A stretch of 64,000 bases of DNA. Source: an uncultured delta proteobacterium (GTDB lineage: Bacteria; Myxococcota_A; Polyangia; Polyangiales; Polyangiaceae). Both the position numbers and the translations under genes were made by a program. The stretch is from assembly GCA_963696385.1 (NCBI GenBank), contig CAVOKF010000006.1, forward strand, positions 32,001 through 96,000. Reading direction: 5' to 3'. This document shows, piece by piece, positions 1 to 11,145 of this stretch. The notes under the pieces were generated by a model. It was not told the DNA's origin. It saw only the letters and a list, made by a program, of their open reading frames with translations, and did not search any database. Numbering within the stretch: the first letter of the stretch is position 1; each line of letters starts with the position of its first letter.

Positions 1-51
1 CCGACCTCGAGAAGCTCGAGTGGGTGTGAAACGATCCACGCGGAGGCTCCG

Positions 52-756
52 ATGAGGACCATGTTGATCTACGGGGCCACGGGCAAGGCCGGACGCCTCG
101 CGATGGATGGCGCGCTTGAGCGGGGCTGGGCCGTCACGGCGTTCGTGCGCAATCCCGACAAGGTACCGGAGGCGCTGCGTGCGAAGGTGACGGTGATCAA
201 GGGAGATCTCTGCGACGCGGCAGCCGTGTCGGCGGCCGTTCGCTCGTCGCGGCCCGACGCGATCGTGGACGCATCGAGCGCGCTCCCGTTCGGTCACGCC
301 AAGGGCCAGCCGGCCAACAACGCGGACCGTTCGATCTTCACGAAGGCAACGGTGGAGGCGCTCGAGGCCGAGGGGCGGTTGGCCGATTGCGTGATGGTCA
401 TCGTCGGCGGCCAGCTCCTGCCCGAGCCTGGGGGCACGATCGAAAGGTGGTCGCTGGCGGCGCTGGCGTGGGTGATTCGGAACACCGCCGCGAGGAAGGC
501 CTGGGCCGAGGCCGAGGCTTGGGTCCGTTGGTGCTTCGAAGGAGCGCCGACCACGTTCCGATTCATCTACGCACGCCTCGGCCAGATGGTGGAGCAGCCG
601 TCCCGCGGCGCGCTACGTGCGGAGCCGACTCGGAACAATATCCAGCACGGAAGCGTGTCCTACTGCGACGTCGCGGACGTACTGGTGCGGCTGGCATCTG
701 ACCAGGAACGCATCTGGGAGCGTAAGGCGGTCTTCTTCAATTACGCCACGACGTGA
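52..756 (+). CDS. NAD(P)-binding Rossmann-fold protein (NmrA/flavin reductase-like)
   Basis: N-terminal LIYGATGKAG dinucleotide-binding motif, VTAFVRNPDK, GDL; GGAGG RBS upstream. Confidence 0.8.
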   Translation: MRTMLIYGATGKAGRLAMDGALERGWAVTAFVRNPDKVPEALRAKVTVIKGDLCDAAAVSAAVRSSRPDAIVDASSALPFGHAKGQPANNADRSIFTKATVEALEAEGRLADCVMVIVGGQLLPEPGGTIERWSLAALAWVIRNTAARKAWAEAEAWVRWCFEGAPTTFRFIYARLGQMVEQPSRGALRAEPTRNNIQHGSVSYCDVADVLVRLASDQERIWERKAVFFNYATT

Positions 757-1063
757 CGAAGTCATCGGTCGTCCGCTCGGCCACCGTTCCGAGCCGTGCC
801 ACCCGAGACGTTCGGGCTTCTTGGAACCTCTTCGCACTCGACCAGCCGTCGTCCAGCCTCGGTGCGCCAAGGTCGACCTGCTCCACGCCTACGGCGACCC
901 TCTCGTCGGCGAGGCCTCCTAGTTTAGGAGAGAATTTGTCCAGCCAGCAAACAGGTCGACCCATTTGAGACGCGAAGCGGGCCAGTTCACAACCCGATTT
1001 TGCGGTGACCTGCGGGCCTTCTTGGTCGCTGCGCCCCTAGCCGCCTGCGGACCCGTCGCAGCC

Positions 1064-3532
1064 TCAATTTGCCATGTACCGAGCGTACGGTCGCTCGGGC
1101 GTGGGCGGAGTCACGCCTGCCACCCAGGCGGGACTGCCCTGCGTTACGATGGTGACGCTCGCGCCCATGAGTCCGGGAGACGTCGCGTTGATGACCGTCG
1201 TGCCCGCGTAATAACTGCGAAACTCGATGGCCGCCTGCCCGTCGAGAATCTGAATGTCCGATTGCGGGCTGCTCGACGGCGGAGTGAACGTGATGCTGGG
1301 CCCCGTCGGAAACTCGCCCGGGCCCGATTCGACGGTTAGGGTGACGCTCACGTTGTTGCTGATGGGGGCTCCGGTGGAATCCAGAACCGTAACGACCAAC
1401 TGCGCGTCGTCCGTGCCGTCGGCGGCGGCGAGCGCGGACTTGTCGGCCGTGAGCTGCAACGCGGCCGGCGTACCGTTGACCGGCCACGTCGGCGGCGGAA
1501 TGTTCGCATAGGCGTTGCGATACCAGTACCAGGCGCGCTTCGGCAGTCGAAAGTAATCGATGATTCCGGTCTCCGAATTGACGGTGCCATAGGGCGTTCC
1601 GTAGTCGAACGCGGCCCACCGCGCCTGCCCGCTGCGCCACGCGAATTCTGTCGGAAAGCCGTTCGTCAACTGCGAACTTAGGTTACCCCAGCCGGGATCG
1701 TACGCTCCCGGTCGAGTCGCGACGACGCTGCCGTATTCCGTTACGAGGTTGGCGATGCCCGGGTTTTGAAACATGGCAATCACGGCGCCGTCGCCGTTGT
1801 ATCCGGCGATGTCTCCGAGCAAGTCGATACGCGTCGTGGCGCCCTCCGGCCGCTGGGCGCCTCCGATGCCGGCAGGTCGTGTCGGATCGAGCTGGTGTGC
1901 CAGCGCGACCTCTTTCGACAGCAACGCTCTCATGAGCGGGATGGTCGCCGAAGCCGTCGCAAAGACTTCGTTGCACATGCTCCACGCGACGATGCTCGGA
2001 TGGTTTCGATGAACGCGGATCATGTCGGTGAGGCTATTGAGCACGCTCGTTTCGAAGGGTGCCTGATCGGCGGTGTTGTTGGGGTAGGCACCGGCCGTCA
2101 TCCAGGTCCCCTCCCCCGTTCCAGCCCCCGCACCCCAGAAATTGTTCTCCGACCAGAACAAAACGCCGAGCTCGTCGCAGGCGTCTCCGAACGCAGGGTC
2201 TTTCGGGTAGTGCGAGCCTCGGATGAAGTTGAATCCCGCGCTTTTGACCATCGTCACGTCGCGGACCAGACCGGCATTCGTCACGCCGTCCACCCACCCG
2301 GCGTGGTCCTGATGCACGTCCGCGCCGTGAATGTAGTAGTGCGAACCGTTCAGCGTGAAGCCGGTGCTGGCGCTCCAGCTGAACCATCGAAAGCCGAAAT
2401 TCGTGGTGTAATTGTCTACGGGCGTCGCCCCGTCCGAGACGGTGCTGACGGCCTGGTAGAGCGTCGGGTGGTCGGGATGCCAGAGCGCCGGATTGGCGAT
2501 CGTCGGTGTGGTCTGACTGAACGTGACGGTCGTGTTGGCCGCAACCATTTGGGTCGAGGTCACGCTCGTCACCATCGTTCCGGTCGCGTCGACGACGTCG
2601 GTCTGGACGGTGCAGCTTTTGGCGACCGAGTTGGCGTTTTGGACTTCGGTCTGGATATTGACCGTGGCCGACGTCGCCGACACGGTCGGCGTTGTCACGA
2701 ACGTGCCGTACCAGGTCACGTGCAGCGGATCGGTCACGACGAGGTGGACGTCACGGTAGAGGCCCCCACTGAATTCGTGGTCCCCCGCCCGCGGCGCCAG
2801 TTCGGCATTCCAGTTGTTGTTCAACCTCACGGCGACCACGTTGTCGCCCACCATCGCGGCGCTAGTGATGTCGTAGGAAAACCCGGTGTACCCGCCGAGA
2901 TGTTCGCCAATGAGCTGGCCGTTGACGTAAATTTCCGCGTCTTGAAACGCTCCCTCGAACTCGAGAGATAGGCTCTTGCCCGACCACTCCACCGGCATGG
3001 TGAAGTGCTTCCGATACCACCCGTAGCCAACGTAGAACTGCGTCCACATGAAGTAGGGCAGACTGAACGAGTGCGGCAAGTTGACGGGGTTCCAGGCGGT
3101 ATCGTCATACGTGCTCGCCTGTGCGCCCGCGTAGTCGCCGAGCTGAAACGTCCAGCTCTGATTGAGGTTTATGGTCTGTCGAAGGGTCGACGCCGTGGAG
3201 GCCGCGTCCGAACCCCCCGCGGTGGCGTCCGCACCCGCCGCGCTGTCGGCCGCCGCTCCGTCGGTGGCGGCCGCACCCGCCGCGCCGTCGGCTGCCACGG
3301 CTGCGTCGGTGGCGTCCGCACTCGCATCGAGACCACCCGCGCCGCTGGAACCGCCATCATGGTTCTGGGCACCGCCTTCGCCTCCTCCGGGACCGACCCC
3401 GTCGCCGTTGCCGGAATCGGCCGGTCCGGACAAGGCACCCGACCTGGCCATGGAGCTTGAGCCGCAGGCGGACGAGAACGCCCCGTTCAAGAGGGCAAGC
3501 ACCGTAAGAGCAACAACTTTCGCCTTATTCAA
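1064..3532 (-). CDS. Glycoside hydrolase family 2 (beta-galactosidase-like), secreted/lipoprotein
   Basis: LEFEGAF..YVNG..GEH.GGYTGF, FSGGLYRDV, GFNFIRGSHYP, RNHPSIVAWSMCNE motifs; lipobox-like SSAC and Gly/Ala/Asp linker. Confidence 0.9.
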   Translation of the reverse strand: MNKAKVVALTVLALLNGAFSSACGSSSMARSGALSGPADSGNGDGVGPGGGEGGAQNHDGGSSGAGGLDASADATDAAVAADGAAGAAATDGAAADSAAGADATAGGSDAASTASTLRQTINLNQSWTFQLGDYAGAQASTYDDTAWNPVNLPHSFSLPYFMWTQFYVGYGWYRKHFTMPVEWSGKSLSLEFEGAFQDAEIYVNGQLIGEHLGGYTGFSYDITSAAMVGDNVVAVRLNNNWNAELAPRAGDHEFSGGLYRDVHLVVTDPLHVTWYGTFVTTPTVSATSATVNIQTEVQNANSVAKSCTVQTDVVDATGTMVTSVTSTQMVAANTTVTFSQTTPTIANPALWHPDHPTLYQAVSTVSDGATPVDNYTTNFGFRWFSWSASTGFTLNGSHYYIHGADVHQDHAGWVDGVTNAGLVRDVTMVKSAGFNFIRGSHYPKDPAFGDACDELGVLFWSENNFWGAGAGTGEGTWMTAGAYPNNTADQAPFETSVLNSLTDMIRVHRNHPSIVAWSMCNEVFATASATIPLMRALLSKEVALAHQLDPTRPAGIGGAQRPEGATTRIDLLGDIAGYNGDGAVIAMFQNPGIANLVTEYGSVVATRPGAYDPGWGNLSSQLTNGFPTEFAWRSGQARWAAFDYGTPYGTVNSETGIIDYFRLPKRAWYWYRNAYANIPPPTWPVNGTPAALQLTADKSALAAADGTDDAQLVVTVLDSTGAPISNNVSVTLTVESGPGEFPTGPSITFTPPSSSPQSDIQILDGQAAIEFRSYYAGTTVINATSPGLMGASVTIVTQGSPAWVAGVTPPTPERPYARYMAN

Positions 3533-3906
3533 TTCGCCTCTTCGGCTCCACGCGATCGCGCGGAGGGGTGCTCATCGTTGGCCATGACCCAAGTTTGTCG
3601 GCGCCTTCGGTTAGTGGCCGAGGGGCGACCGCCTCGTGAAACGAAGTGCGCGAGACCGAACGACGACTCAGGCGCCTCGAGCGCACGCCTGCGAGACGAC
3701 CTCCCAGGCGAAAGAGAGCAATTGCCGCCTGATTGGATAGTTATGCGGCGAGCGGATCTATGAGCGAGCAGTGAGGAGGTCGCGGAAACGGGTTCGCGCG
3801 ACGAGGCGGCGCCGGCGTTAGGCTTCTCGCGAGAGAGCGCCACGCCGGAATGTCCCGCGCTCCTCGCCGTCACCCCCGAGCCCGGTGTGCCCCGCTGAGA
3901 GCTTGT

Positions 3907-5439
3907 TCACGCCACGCCACGCCACCGCCTCCGCCACACGGCAAACGCTACGCCCATCACGAGTGCCCCGAACGCGCCGTTCGCGCCACCGCCTTCGCTC
4001 GTTCGGCACGCACAGCCCCTCGCATTCGAGCTCGCGCTGGGAGGTGTGACCCCCCCGTCGTCGCTCGAGAGGGCGCCTCCCGCGCCATCTGCGCCACCCT
4101 GCGGTCCGCCACCCTGTGAGCCTCCGCCCTGAGCGTCGGCCGTTGCAAGCGCGCCGACTTCGTCGGACAAAGCAGCGTCGACGATGGGGCCACCCGCGGC
4201 CGTGGCATCCACGCGCTCGGACGCGTCGGCAAGCCCGCTGGAGCCGGTCGAAGCGCCTGCGTCGGCGGCGCTCGATTCCGCTTGGGAGGCGTGCGAGCTC
4301 CCGCCGCCCGAGTCGGTGCCGTTGCCCGAGTAATAGCTTGCGTCGATGCTGCCGCCGTCGTCCGGCTCGAGAGGGCAACCTGCGCTTCCGGGGCCTGGGT
4401 CGTCGCGATCGAGGGACACTCCGTCGAACGGAACGACGATGACCTTGCTGCCATGGTTGTCGTTCGCGAGATCCAGCGTCTTGTCCACGTCGACGACCGC
4501 CAGACTGAAGGCGACGACGTGGCCCCCTTGCAAGAACACACCGGGTCTCTCCGCCTTGTACCAGTTGTTGACCGTTCCGTCCGTGTAGCGCACGAAATCG
4601 GTGGTCGGATCGTAGGCCAATCCCTTGTTGGTCCAGTTGTGAATGCCATCGGGCGACGTGAAATGATACGCCTTGCGGGCGTTGTACATGTTCGCGACCA
4701 GGTGGTACTGCCCGCCGCTGCACCAGACCACCGGGTCTTCGTAACCCTCGGATTGAAGATCCGGAATGGTCGTCTGGATCACATACGGGCCGAGGATGTT
4801 CTCGCTGCTCACCATCACCTGAAAGTTCCTTGAGATGATGAGGAAGCTGCCCTGAGCGCTCTGCCAGATCGTTTGGTTCTCCGTGGTCTGCGTCGCGATG
4901 GGGAACCCGTTGGCCGTGATGGAGATGACACCCTGCGACGTCCACGGACCATCGAGCGAGGTCGCCCTATAGATGTTGCCGGGGCTATCCATGAGGGCAA
5001 AGCTCCCATCGTTGAGAACGATGCCCGTCACGTTCTGTTCCTTGCCGGTGAAAGGACTACTGGTGCTTGGGATGTACGATCCGATGACCGTGTCGTTGCT
5101 GATGCCTTCGACGAGGACGGACTGAGGCCAGTCGGCAAAGCCTTTGTCCTGAGGCCAGCGCCCGGCATAAATGTGGAATTTCCCGTCCGTATTTTCCAAG
5201 ATCTTCCCGTCCCAGTACTGCCACGTCATGTTGGTCGAGTCTTCGAGGCCGTTGCAGACGTCCCGCGGAAGAACGGAAGCCGCGCCCCATGTGTTCGAGG
5301 TCAGCGGACAGATGATCGGCGTCGGCAAAAAGTAATCGATCAGCGTTTTCGTCCCGGCGTCCGGCGCTGCCTGCGCGCGGGCCGGCGACCCGGCTGCCGT
5401 GAGGAGTGCAACGAGGGCCGATTGGATCGAGCGAACCAC
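3907..5439 (-). CDS. Secreted beta-propeller glycoside hydrolase (GH43-like) with MYXO-CTERM-type C-terminal anchor; start uncertain
   Basis: YEDPVVW, SPDGIHNW, AERPGV motifs; C-terminal GCACR + hydrophobic helix + RRR. Confidence 0.7.
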   Translation of the reverse strand: MVRSIQSALVALLTAAGSPARAQAAPDAGTKTLIDYFLPTPIICPLTSNTWGAASVLPRDVCNGLEDSTNMTWQYWDGKILENTDGKFHIYAGRWPQDKGFADWPQSVLVEGISNDTVIGSYIPSTSSPFTGKEQNVTGIVLNDGSFALMDSPGNIYRATSLDGPWTSQGVISITANGFPIATQTTENQTIWQSAQGSFLIISRNFQVMVSSENILGPYVIQTTIPDLQSEGYEDPVVWCSGGQYHLVANMYNARKAYHFTSPDGIHNWTNKGLAYDPTTDFVRYTDGTVNNWYKAERPGVFLQGGHVVAFSLAVVDVDKTLDLANDNHGSKVIVVPFDGVSLDRDDPGPGSAGCPLEPDDGGSIDASYYSGNGTDSGGGSSHASQAESSAADAGASTGSSGLADASERVDATAAGGPIVDAALSDEVGALATADAQGGGSQGGGPQGGADGAGGALSSDDGGVTPPSASSNARGCACRTSEGGGANGAFGALVMGVAFAVWRRRWRGVA

Positions 5440-5861
5440 GGTTCGCGTTTTTACGCCCGGCGTCGCGCGATGGCGTCGGTCAGCGCGCCGCGTCGGGTGG
5501 CCGCCAGGCGGGAAAGGCTGAGCCGCGCGGTCGTTGGCAACGCCGCGCGCGCGGGGGAGAGCTTCGGAAGGATGCATCCTGCTCGCTAAGTGGCCGGCGA
5601 TCGAACGTTTCGTGATCAAAACGGCGGGCGCGTGCGTTCTCCCCGAGCCGCCGCAGGACGGGAAGTAGTCCCGTGCCAGCCGACACAGTGTTGTTGCCGC
5701 CGACACGGTGCCCCGAGGTGTGCCTCGCATCGCCAGCTCGCACGCTGCGGTAGTCTTTTCAGCCGAACGGCTTCCTGTCAGCTACTGATGGCGTGAATGT
5801 TCGCGGCTCGCGAACCATCCTTCTCGGAGCCATCTGTCTATGGATCTTTTGAAAACGCGGC

Positions 5862-6949
5862 CTAGTACCTCGAATCCATTGACGCGACCGGGTTTGCTTT
5901 CCATGGCGACGAGGGCGTGCTCCATGGTGGGCCATGAAAAAGCGCTACGTAGTGAATCTGACGGTGGACGAGCGGGCGGCGCTGACGCAGCTCGTGAAGC
6001 GTGAGCGCGTCTCGGGCCTGAAAAGGCTTCGCGCAAGCATTTTGCTGAAAGCCGACGAAGGGCTGACCGATCAGGAAATCGCGGACGACTTGGAGGCCGG
6101 GCTCGTCACGGTGGAGCGCGTGCGCAAGCGCTGCTGCGAGCGCGGCGTCGAAGCGTGCCTGGAGCGCAAGCCCCAAGACACCCCGTCGCGGCCGCGAAAG
6201 CTCGACGGGGCCTCGGAGGCGCGGCTGGTTCAGATCGCTTGCAGTGAGCCGCCCGCAGGGCGGGCACGGTGGACCATCTCGCTTCTCGCGGACCGACTCG
6301 TCGAGCTGAAGGTGTTCGACTCCGTCAGCCCGAGCACGGTCCATCGACCCTATGATCCGGACCGGCCGCAGGTCTGTCTCGACGAGACCAGCAAGCAGTT
6401 GCTCGAGCACACCCGCCAGCCCGTTCCTGCGAGCCCCGGCACACCGGCCCGCGTCGATGACGAATACAAGCGGTGCGGCACAGCCAACATCTTCGCTGCC
6501 GTGGAACCGTTGACCGGGCAATCCGTCGTCGAAGTGACCGAGCGACGCACGGCCGTCGACATGGCGCATTTCTTAGCCCGCCTGTCCGACGAGACCTACG
6601 CAACCGCGACCGTCATCGTCTTGGTCATGGACAACCTCAACATCCACGATCTTTCGTGCCTGTACGAAGCATTCGCGCCCAAAGAGGCTCGTCGTCTGGT
6701 CGAGAGGTTCGAGGTTCACCACACCCCCAAGCACGGCAGTTGGCTCAACGTCGCCGAAATCTTCCTCTCGACCCTATCGATACAGTGTCTCGACCAGCGC
6801 GTCGGCAGCATCGGCGCGCTCCACACGATCGTCTCCGCGTGGCAGGCTTCGCGACCCGACCGCAAGGTCAACTGGCGCTTCACCACGGCGGACGCACGCA
6901 TCAAGCTGCGCCGCCTCTACCCTTCCATTCCGTAGAACCGGGGTACTAG
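5862..6949 (+). mobile_element. IS630-family insertion sequence
   Basis: Imperfect terminal inverted repeats CTAGTACCTCGAATCC (5862) and GAACCGGGGTACTAG (6949) around the transposase. Confidence 0.85.
5934..6935 (+). CDS. IS630 transposase; probable in-frame internal deletion at the usual ORF1/ORF2 junction (STVH|RPYDP)
   Basis: HTH N-terminus, VCLDETSKQL, VMDNLNIH, HTPKHGSWLNVAE, WRFTTADARIKL. Confidence 0.9.
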   Translation: MKKRYVVNLTVDERAALTQLVKRERVSGLKRLRASILLKADEGLTDQEIADDLEAGLVTVERVRKRCCERGVEACLERKPQDTPSRPRKLDGASEARLVQIACSEPPAGRARWTISLLADRLVELKVFDSVSPSTVHRPYDPDRPQVCLDETSKQLLEHTRQPVPASPGTPARVDDEYKRCGTANIFAAVEPLTGQSVVEVTERRTAVDMAHFLARLSDETYATATVIVLVMDNLNIHDLSCLYEAFAPKEARRLVERFEVHHTPKHGSWLNVAEIFLSTLSIQCLDQRVGSIGALHTIVSAWQASRPDRKVNWRFTTADARIKLRRLYPSIP

Positions 6950-6950
6950 C

Positions 6951-7030
6951 TCATTTCGGGGCCCTATTCCGCAGCCCGCGCGCTCGCTGTCTCCGCTTCC
7001 CAGCCCGGGTCGCCCACGCAAGACGCGAGT
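6951..7030 (-). ncRNA. Fragment of a group II intron domain I (antisense to the downstream intron)
   Basis: Reverse complement reads GTCTTGCGTGGGCGACCCGGGCTGGGAAGCGGAGACAGCGAGCGCGCGGGC..GCCCCGAAAT, resembling the DI segment at ~7160-7240 of the + strand intron. Confidence 0.55.
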
Positions 7031-7040
7031 AGTAAGCCCA

Positions 7041-8460
7041 GTGCGACCAGGCAAGGCTGGTCTGAAAGGAATGAGATGCGATGAGCTCATAAAATTCAGA
7101 GAGTCGTCCAGCGGGTGCGAACCCCGCCCGGCGAAGGGCCGAGCCCGTCCAGCCGGAAGCGAGGCTTGCGCCGGCCGCCGCAAGGCGTTCGGCGATGCGT
7201 AGTCACGCAAGTGAGTGGGCCGTGGGGAATGCAGCCACGAAAACTACATCAGTCCGGATGCCGAGCGCTTTGGGCGGCGCGAAGGCGACGGCGGCTGCTG
7301 CGCAGCAGGGCGAGCAGGAGCCGCATCCGGCGGGGTCTACGACCACGGCACGCCACAAGAGGACGAACCAGACACCTGGGAGGCCCTCGCTTTTCCTCGG
7401 TGAAATCCCGGAGCCACGGAGAGCCGGTCACCCGTCTCCGACGCGCCGAGCGCACGCGGATGCGCGCACGGCCGGCCGAGCGCCTCCCCGTGAGGGGCTC
7501 CGCGCAGAACAAGCATTCGCGCCGAGGTAGGCCGCTGGCGAGGGGAGACCGGAGCCACGGCCGAAGGGAGCGGGGGAGTCGGAGGGCCGCATACGAGCGT
7601 GGACGTCGGGGAACGGATTGGCACCCGGACCCGGCCGAGCAAAGGCGGCCCGTGCTGAGTTGAACTTCAGGAGGGAACCATGCCCGACGCATCGACGTTG
7701 GAAGACATGTCACCGAAACTATTGAAGGTAGTGGAGCGAGCGAAAAGGGAGCCCGAAGGACGGTTCCACTCGCTGGCACATCTTATCGATGTGCCCGCCT
7801 TGATGCGAGCCGACAAGCGCATGCGCAACGATGCGGCGGTCGGCGTGGATGGGGTCACGAAGGAGCAGTACGGGCAGGCCCTGGAAGAAAATCTCCGAAG
7901 CCTGCACGAGCGGTTGGTGGCGAAGCAGTATCGCCATCAGCCAATCCGGCGTGTTCACATCCCAAAGGAAAGGGGCAAGACACGGCCGATTGGGATTTCT
8001 GCGTACGAGGACAAGTTGGTCCAGGACGCCCTACGCGAAGTGCTGGAGGCGATATACGAGCAGGACTTTTTGGAATGCTCGTACGGCTTCCGGCCCGGTC
8101 GCGGTGCCCATGACGCCATTCGAGCCCTCGACCGTATTGCGCATCAGGGTAAGGTGAGCTGGATTTTGGAGGCCGACGTCGTGTCCTTCTTCGACAGCTT
8201 GGATCGCACCCAGCTGAAGGAGATGCTCCAAATTCGGGTGGCCGATGGGTCGCTGATGCGGCTGATTGGCAAGTGCTTGCACGTTGGGGTGCTCGACGGC
8301 TCGGAATACGCCGAGCCGGACACGGGCGCAGCGCAAGGGTCCGTGCTCTCGCCGATACTCGGCAACGTCTATCTCCACTACGTATTGGACCTGTGGTTCG
8401 AGCGCGATGTCAAGCCGCGTCTGCGCGGGGAAGCTCACCTCGTGCGTTATGCGGACGACT
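7041..8460 (+). mobile_element. Group II intron, 3'-truncated (5' RNA domains plus partial RT; no DV/DVI)
   Basis: GTGCG 5' boundary at 7041, DI-like sequence (CCAGCCGGAAGCGAGGCTTGCG), RT ORF downstream. Confidence 0.8.
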
Positions 8461-8480
8461 GTGCGCCACGACGGCGCTGA
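7680..8480 (+). pseudogene. ltrA: Group II intron reverse transcriptase/maturase, truncated right after YADD
   Basis: GVDG, RRVHIPK, RPIGI..EDKLVQ, SYGFRPGR, ADVVSFFD, QGSVLSPILGNVYLH, RYADD followed by a stop within 7 codons. Confidence 0.9.
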
Positions 8481-8827
8481 AGCACGCGTGCTACGTTCTC
8501 TGCGATCGAGTCCGTTGCGACGAAACTCATCTCGGTCGCGAAACCACTCTTGCGCGCGAGCTCCGCCTGCTCGATCGCGGCCGTAGTTCGGAGCGTCGTC
8601 TCCACCGCGAACGACTCCCGCCGCTCGATGTGATCGAAGACGAAGCGCTCGCACTCCATCGCGACGGCGCGACGCACCTCGCGCGGGATCGCGCGGTAGC
8701 TCCCGAGGATCTGCGCGCAGCGGTCGTCGATGTTGAACGCGTCGACGCCGAACGCCGACACGGGGAAGTACCGGGTCTTGCCGCTGCCCGGAGGACCGGC
8801 CACCACGATCATGCGCGGACGCGCCAT
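8447..8827 (-). pseudogene. Zeta-toxin/AAA-like P-loop kinase, C-terminally truncated
   Basis: VVAGPPGSGKT Walker A, FAVETTL, ENVARVLQR, then runs into intron sequence. Confidence 0.7.
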
Positions 8828-8833
8828 CGCCGC

Positions 8834-9082
8834 TTAGCCGGTCTCGACCGTCGTGCCTGATTCGGGGAGCATGTCGGGCGGAAGCTCGCGCGAGACGAGA
8901 TCGCCGTTCGGGTCGATGATGCCAAGCTGCTCGAGGCGGACGCGCTCGGCGGCAATGCGCGCGGCGGCGAGCGCCATCACGCGCCGATCCCACTCCTCCT
9001 CGTCCTCGGCGCGATCGAGATCGAGGTCGTCGAAGGGGGCGCTCGGGATCGGGGCGACCGGCTCACTCGCGCGCGCGTGCAT
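8834..9082 (-). CDS. Small acidic protein upstream of the zeta-like gene (possible antitoxin)
   Basis: 82-aa ORF ending 6 nt before the P-loop gene. Confidence 0.45.
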   Translation of the reverse strand: MHARASEPVAPIPSAPFDDLDLDRAEDEEEWDRRVMALAAARIAAERVRLEQLGIIDPNGDLVSRELPPDMLPESGTTVETG

Positions 9083-10303
9083 GACGAAAGGATGCCCGAT
9101 CGGGGGCGGATCGGCCAGAAATGCCGTCGGGCGACGCGCGGGCCGCGCGCGTCAGCATGTCAAGTCGCACATGTACCCGCTTCGCAGCCTGCATCATCAC
9201 GATCGCAGAGCTGATGAAGACCTTGCATTTTCGCGCCGATTCGTGCGTCGCCATCACCGCCGTCACTATTGAGCGAATCGGAGTACCACTTGGCTTGACC
9301 GGAATCGGTGAGCACGACGGGGGTGGGCTGCGGGTCCACGGCCACATAGCCTGCCCGCAATACTCGATGCCGTCCGCGTCAACCCGTTCCTCGGACATCG
9401 CTGACCGATGGGATACCTCTGATGGCCAATCGCTCGACGAGAGCGGGATCCAATTCAACTCCCACCGTCTACGGGGGGCGGCCCGTTCTCGCACCCGGCA
9501 TCCGTCCACGGGCAGCGAGCAGCCTTGCACTCTCGGTAACGAAGCAAATGCAACCACCGTTGCACGGATTCAATGACTCCCGCGCTGCCGCGTCGCCTGC
9601 GTCGCCCTTCATTGCGGCGTCGCCTCGTGACGCGTCGGTCGCTCCGTTGGCGCCCGAGTCCGCGCCGGCGTCGACGAACGACAACGAGCTCGAGCCGGTG
9701 GACCTCGACGAGCTCGCGGAACCGCTCGCCGCTCCGTGACGATCTCGCGCAGCACCATGTACGCCGCGTCCTGGAGTGCCCGAATGAGGAAGTGCATGGC
9801 CTTGATCGACGCAACGAACGCCTGACCCGGCCGCCAAGCAGCGTTCGCGGCCCGGTCGTCTCCTCTGTCGTGCCTTGCTCGGCCAGCCGCGTCGAAGCGA
9901 GGTTTATCGCGCCCTGGGCCGAGTGACCGACGTGTTGGAAATGACGGACGCCGGGTGCGAATGCCGCCACGTCGATGATGCAGGTATCGAGGCGTCGTCG
10001 AAGACTTCCCAGGCGTCACCGCCCCGTCTGCGCGTCGGTGATCATCGACGGTGGCTCCCCTCGGAAGCCGGAAGAGGTGGCGCATGTGCTCCTCGTTCCA
10101 CAGCGCGGCGAGCGACGAGAACGCATGCGCCCACGCGGCTTCAAGGTCCTGCTCCAGGGGGCCAGGGCTGAACGTGTCCGGGATCACCCTTCGAGCGTAG
10201 CGCGCGGGAGCCGTGCGCCCTCGCCCTCGATCCCTCGGCGGACGGTGCATGACCTGACGCCCGCCCCCTGGTACCGTGCGGCACCGCGGAGGAGACGATC
10301 AAG

Positions 10304-11145
10304 ATGGCCGCGAAGCGCGTGGCGATGATCAGGGGCGTCGGCAAGTCGACGCTGACGGTGAACCTCGCCTTCGAGTTGGCCGGCGTTGTGGGTCGCGACA
10401 AACAACGTGCTCGTCGTTGACCTGGACCCGCAGTTCAACGCCAGCCAGTACATGCTCGGCTCGGCGCGCTACAAGAGCGACGTCGTCGCCACGAATCGGC
10501 CCACTGTCTGGGACATCTTCGAGCAGCGGACGCGAACGCCAGCTAAGACGATACCGGCGCCGCCGAAGCCGGCCGACGCGATCGTCAACGTGCAAAGCTG
10601 GTCGACGAACAAGCTCGATCTTCTTCCGTCCCGGCTCGAACCCGCGTGGTCCCTAAAGCAACCCGGCGGAAAAGAGCAGCTATTGAAGGACTTCTTGGAC
10701 CAGGTGGCCGACGACTACCACCTGATCCCAATCGACTGCGCCCCAACCGAATCGGTGCTGACGTCGGCCGCGTACTTCGCCGCAGATCAGGTCGTCGTCC
10801 CCGTGAAGCCCGAGTTCCTGTCGACCATCGGTCTTCCGCTGCTCGCGACCTCGATGAAGGATCACAACGCGCTCCCCGGGGCGCCGCAGGTTGCCGTGAC
10901 GGCGATCGTGTTCGACCACGCTTCCGATTACCACCCGGAAGAGGCTCTCGCGAAGCAGGAGGTGCACGGGGTCGCGAAGACGCACGGCTGGCCGGTCCTT
11001 CCGAGCGAGGTACCTTACTCGCGCTCCTTCCCCAAGGGTGCGCGAGAGGGGAAGCCGTTGCGGACGACCTCCTACGCGCGAAAGGCTCAGAAGGCGAAGT
11101 TGACGGCGGTGACTGAACGACTTTGCGAAGGCCGTCGGTGTATGA
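10304..11145 (+). pseudogene. ParA/Soj-family ATPase with frameshifts
   Basis: MAAKRVAMI..GVGKST (broken frame), VLVVDLDPQFNAS, IDCAPT, VPVKPEFLS. Confidence 0.75.

Noticed and set aside
7680..8480. Retron, DGR or defence RT
   Set aside because: Motifs and upstream RNA are of group II intron type; no template/variable repeat pair seen
9063..10250. Genes in the 9-10 kb region
   Set aside because: Fragmentary frames with no recognisable motif
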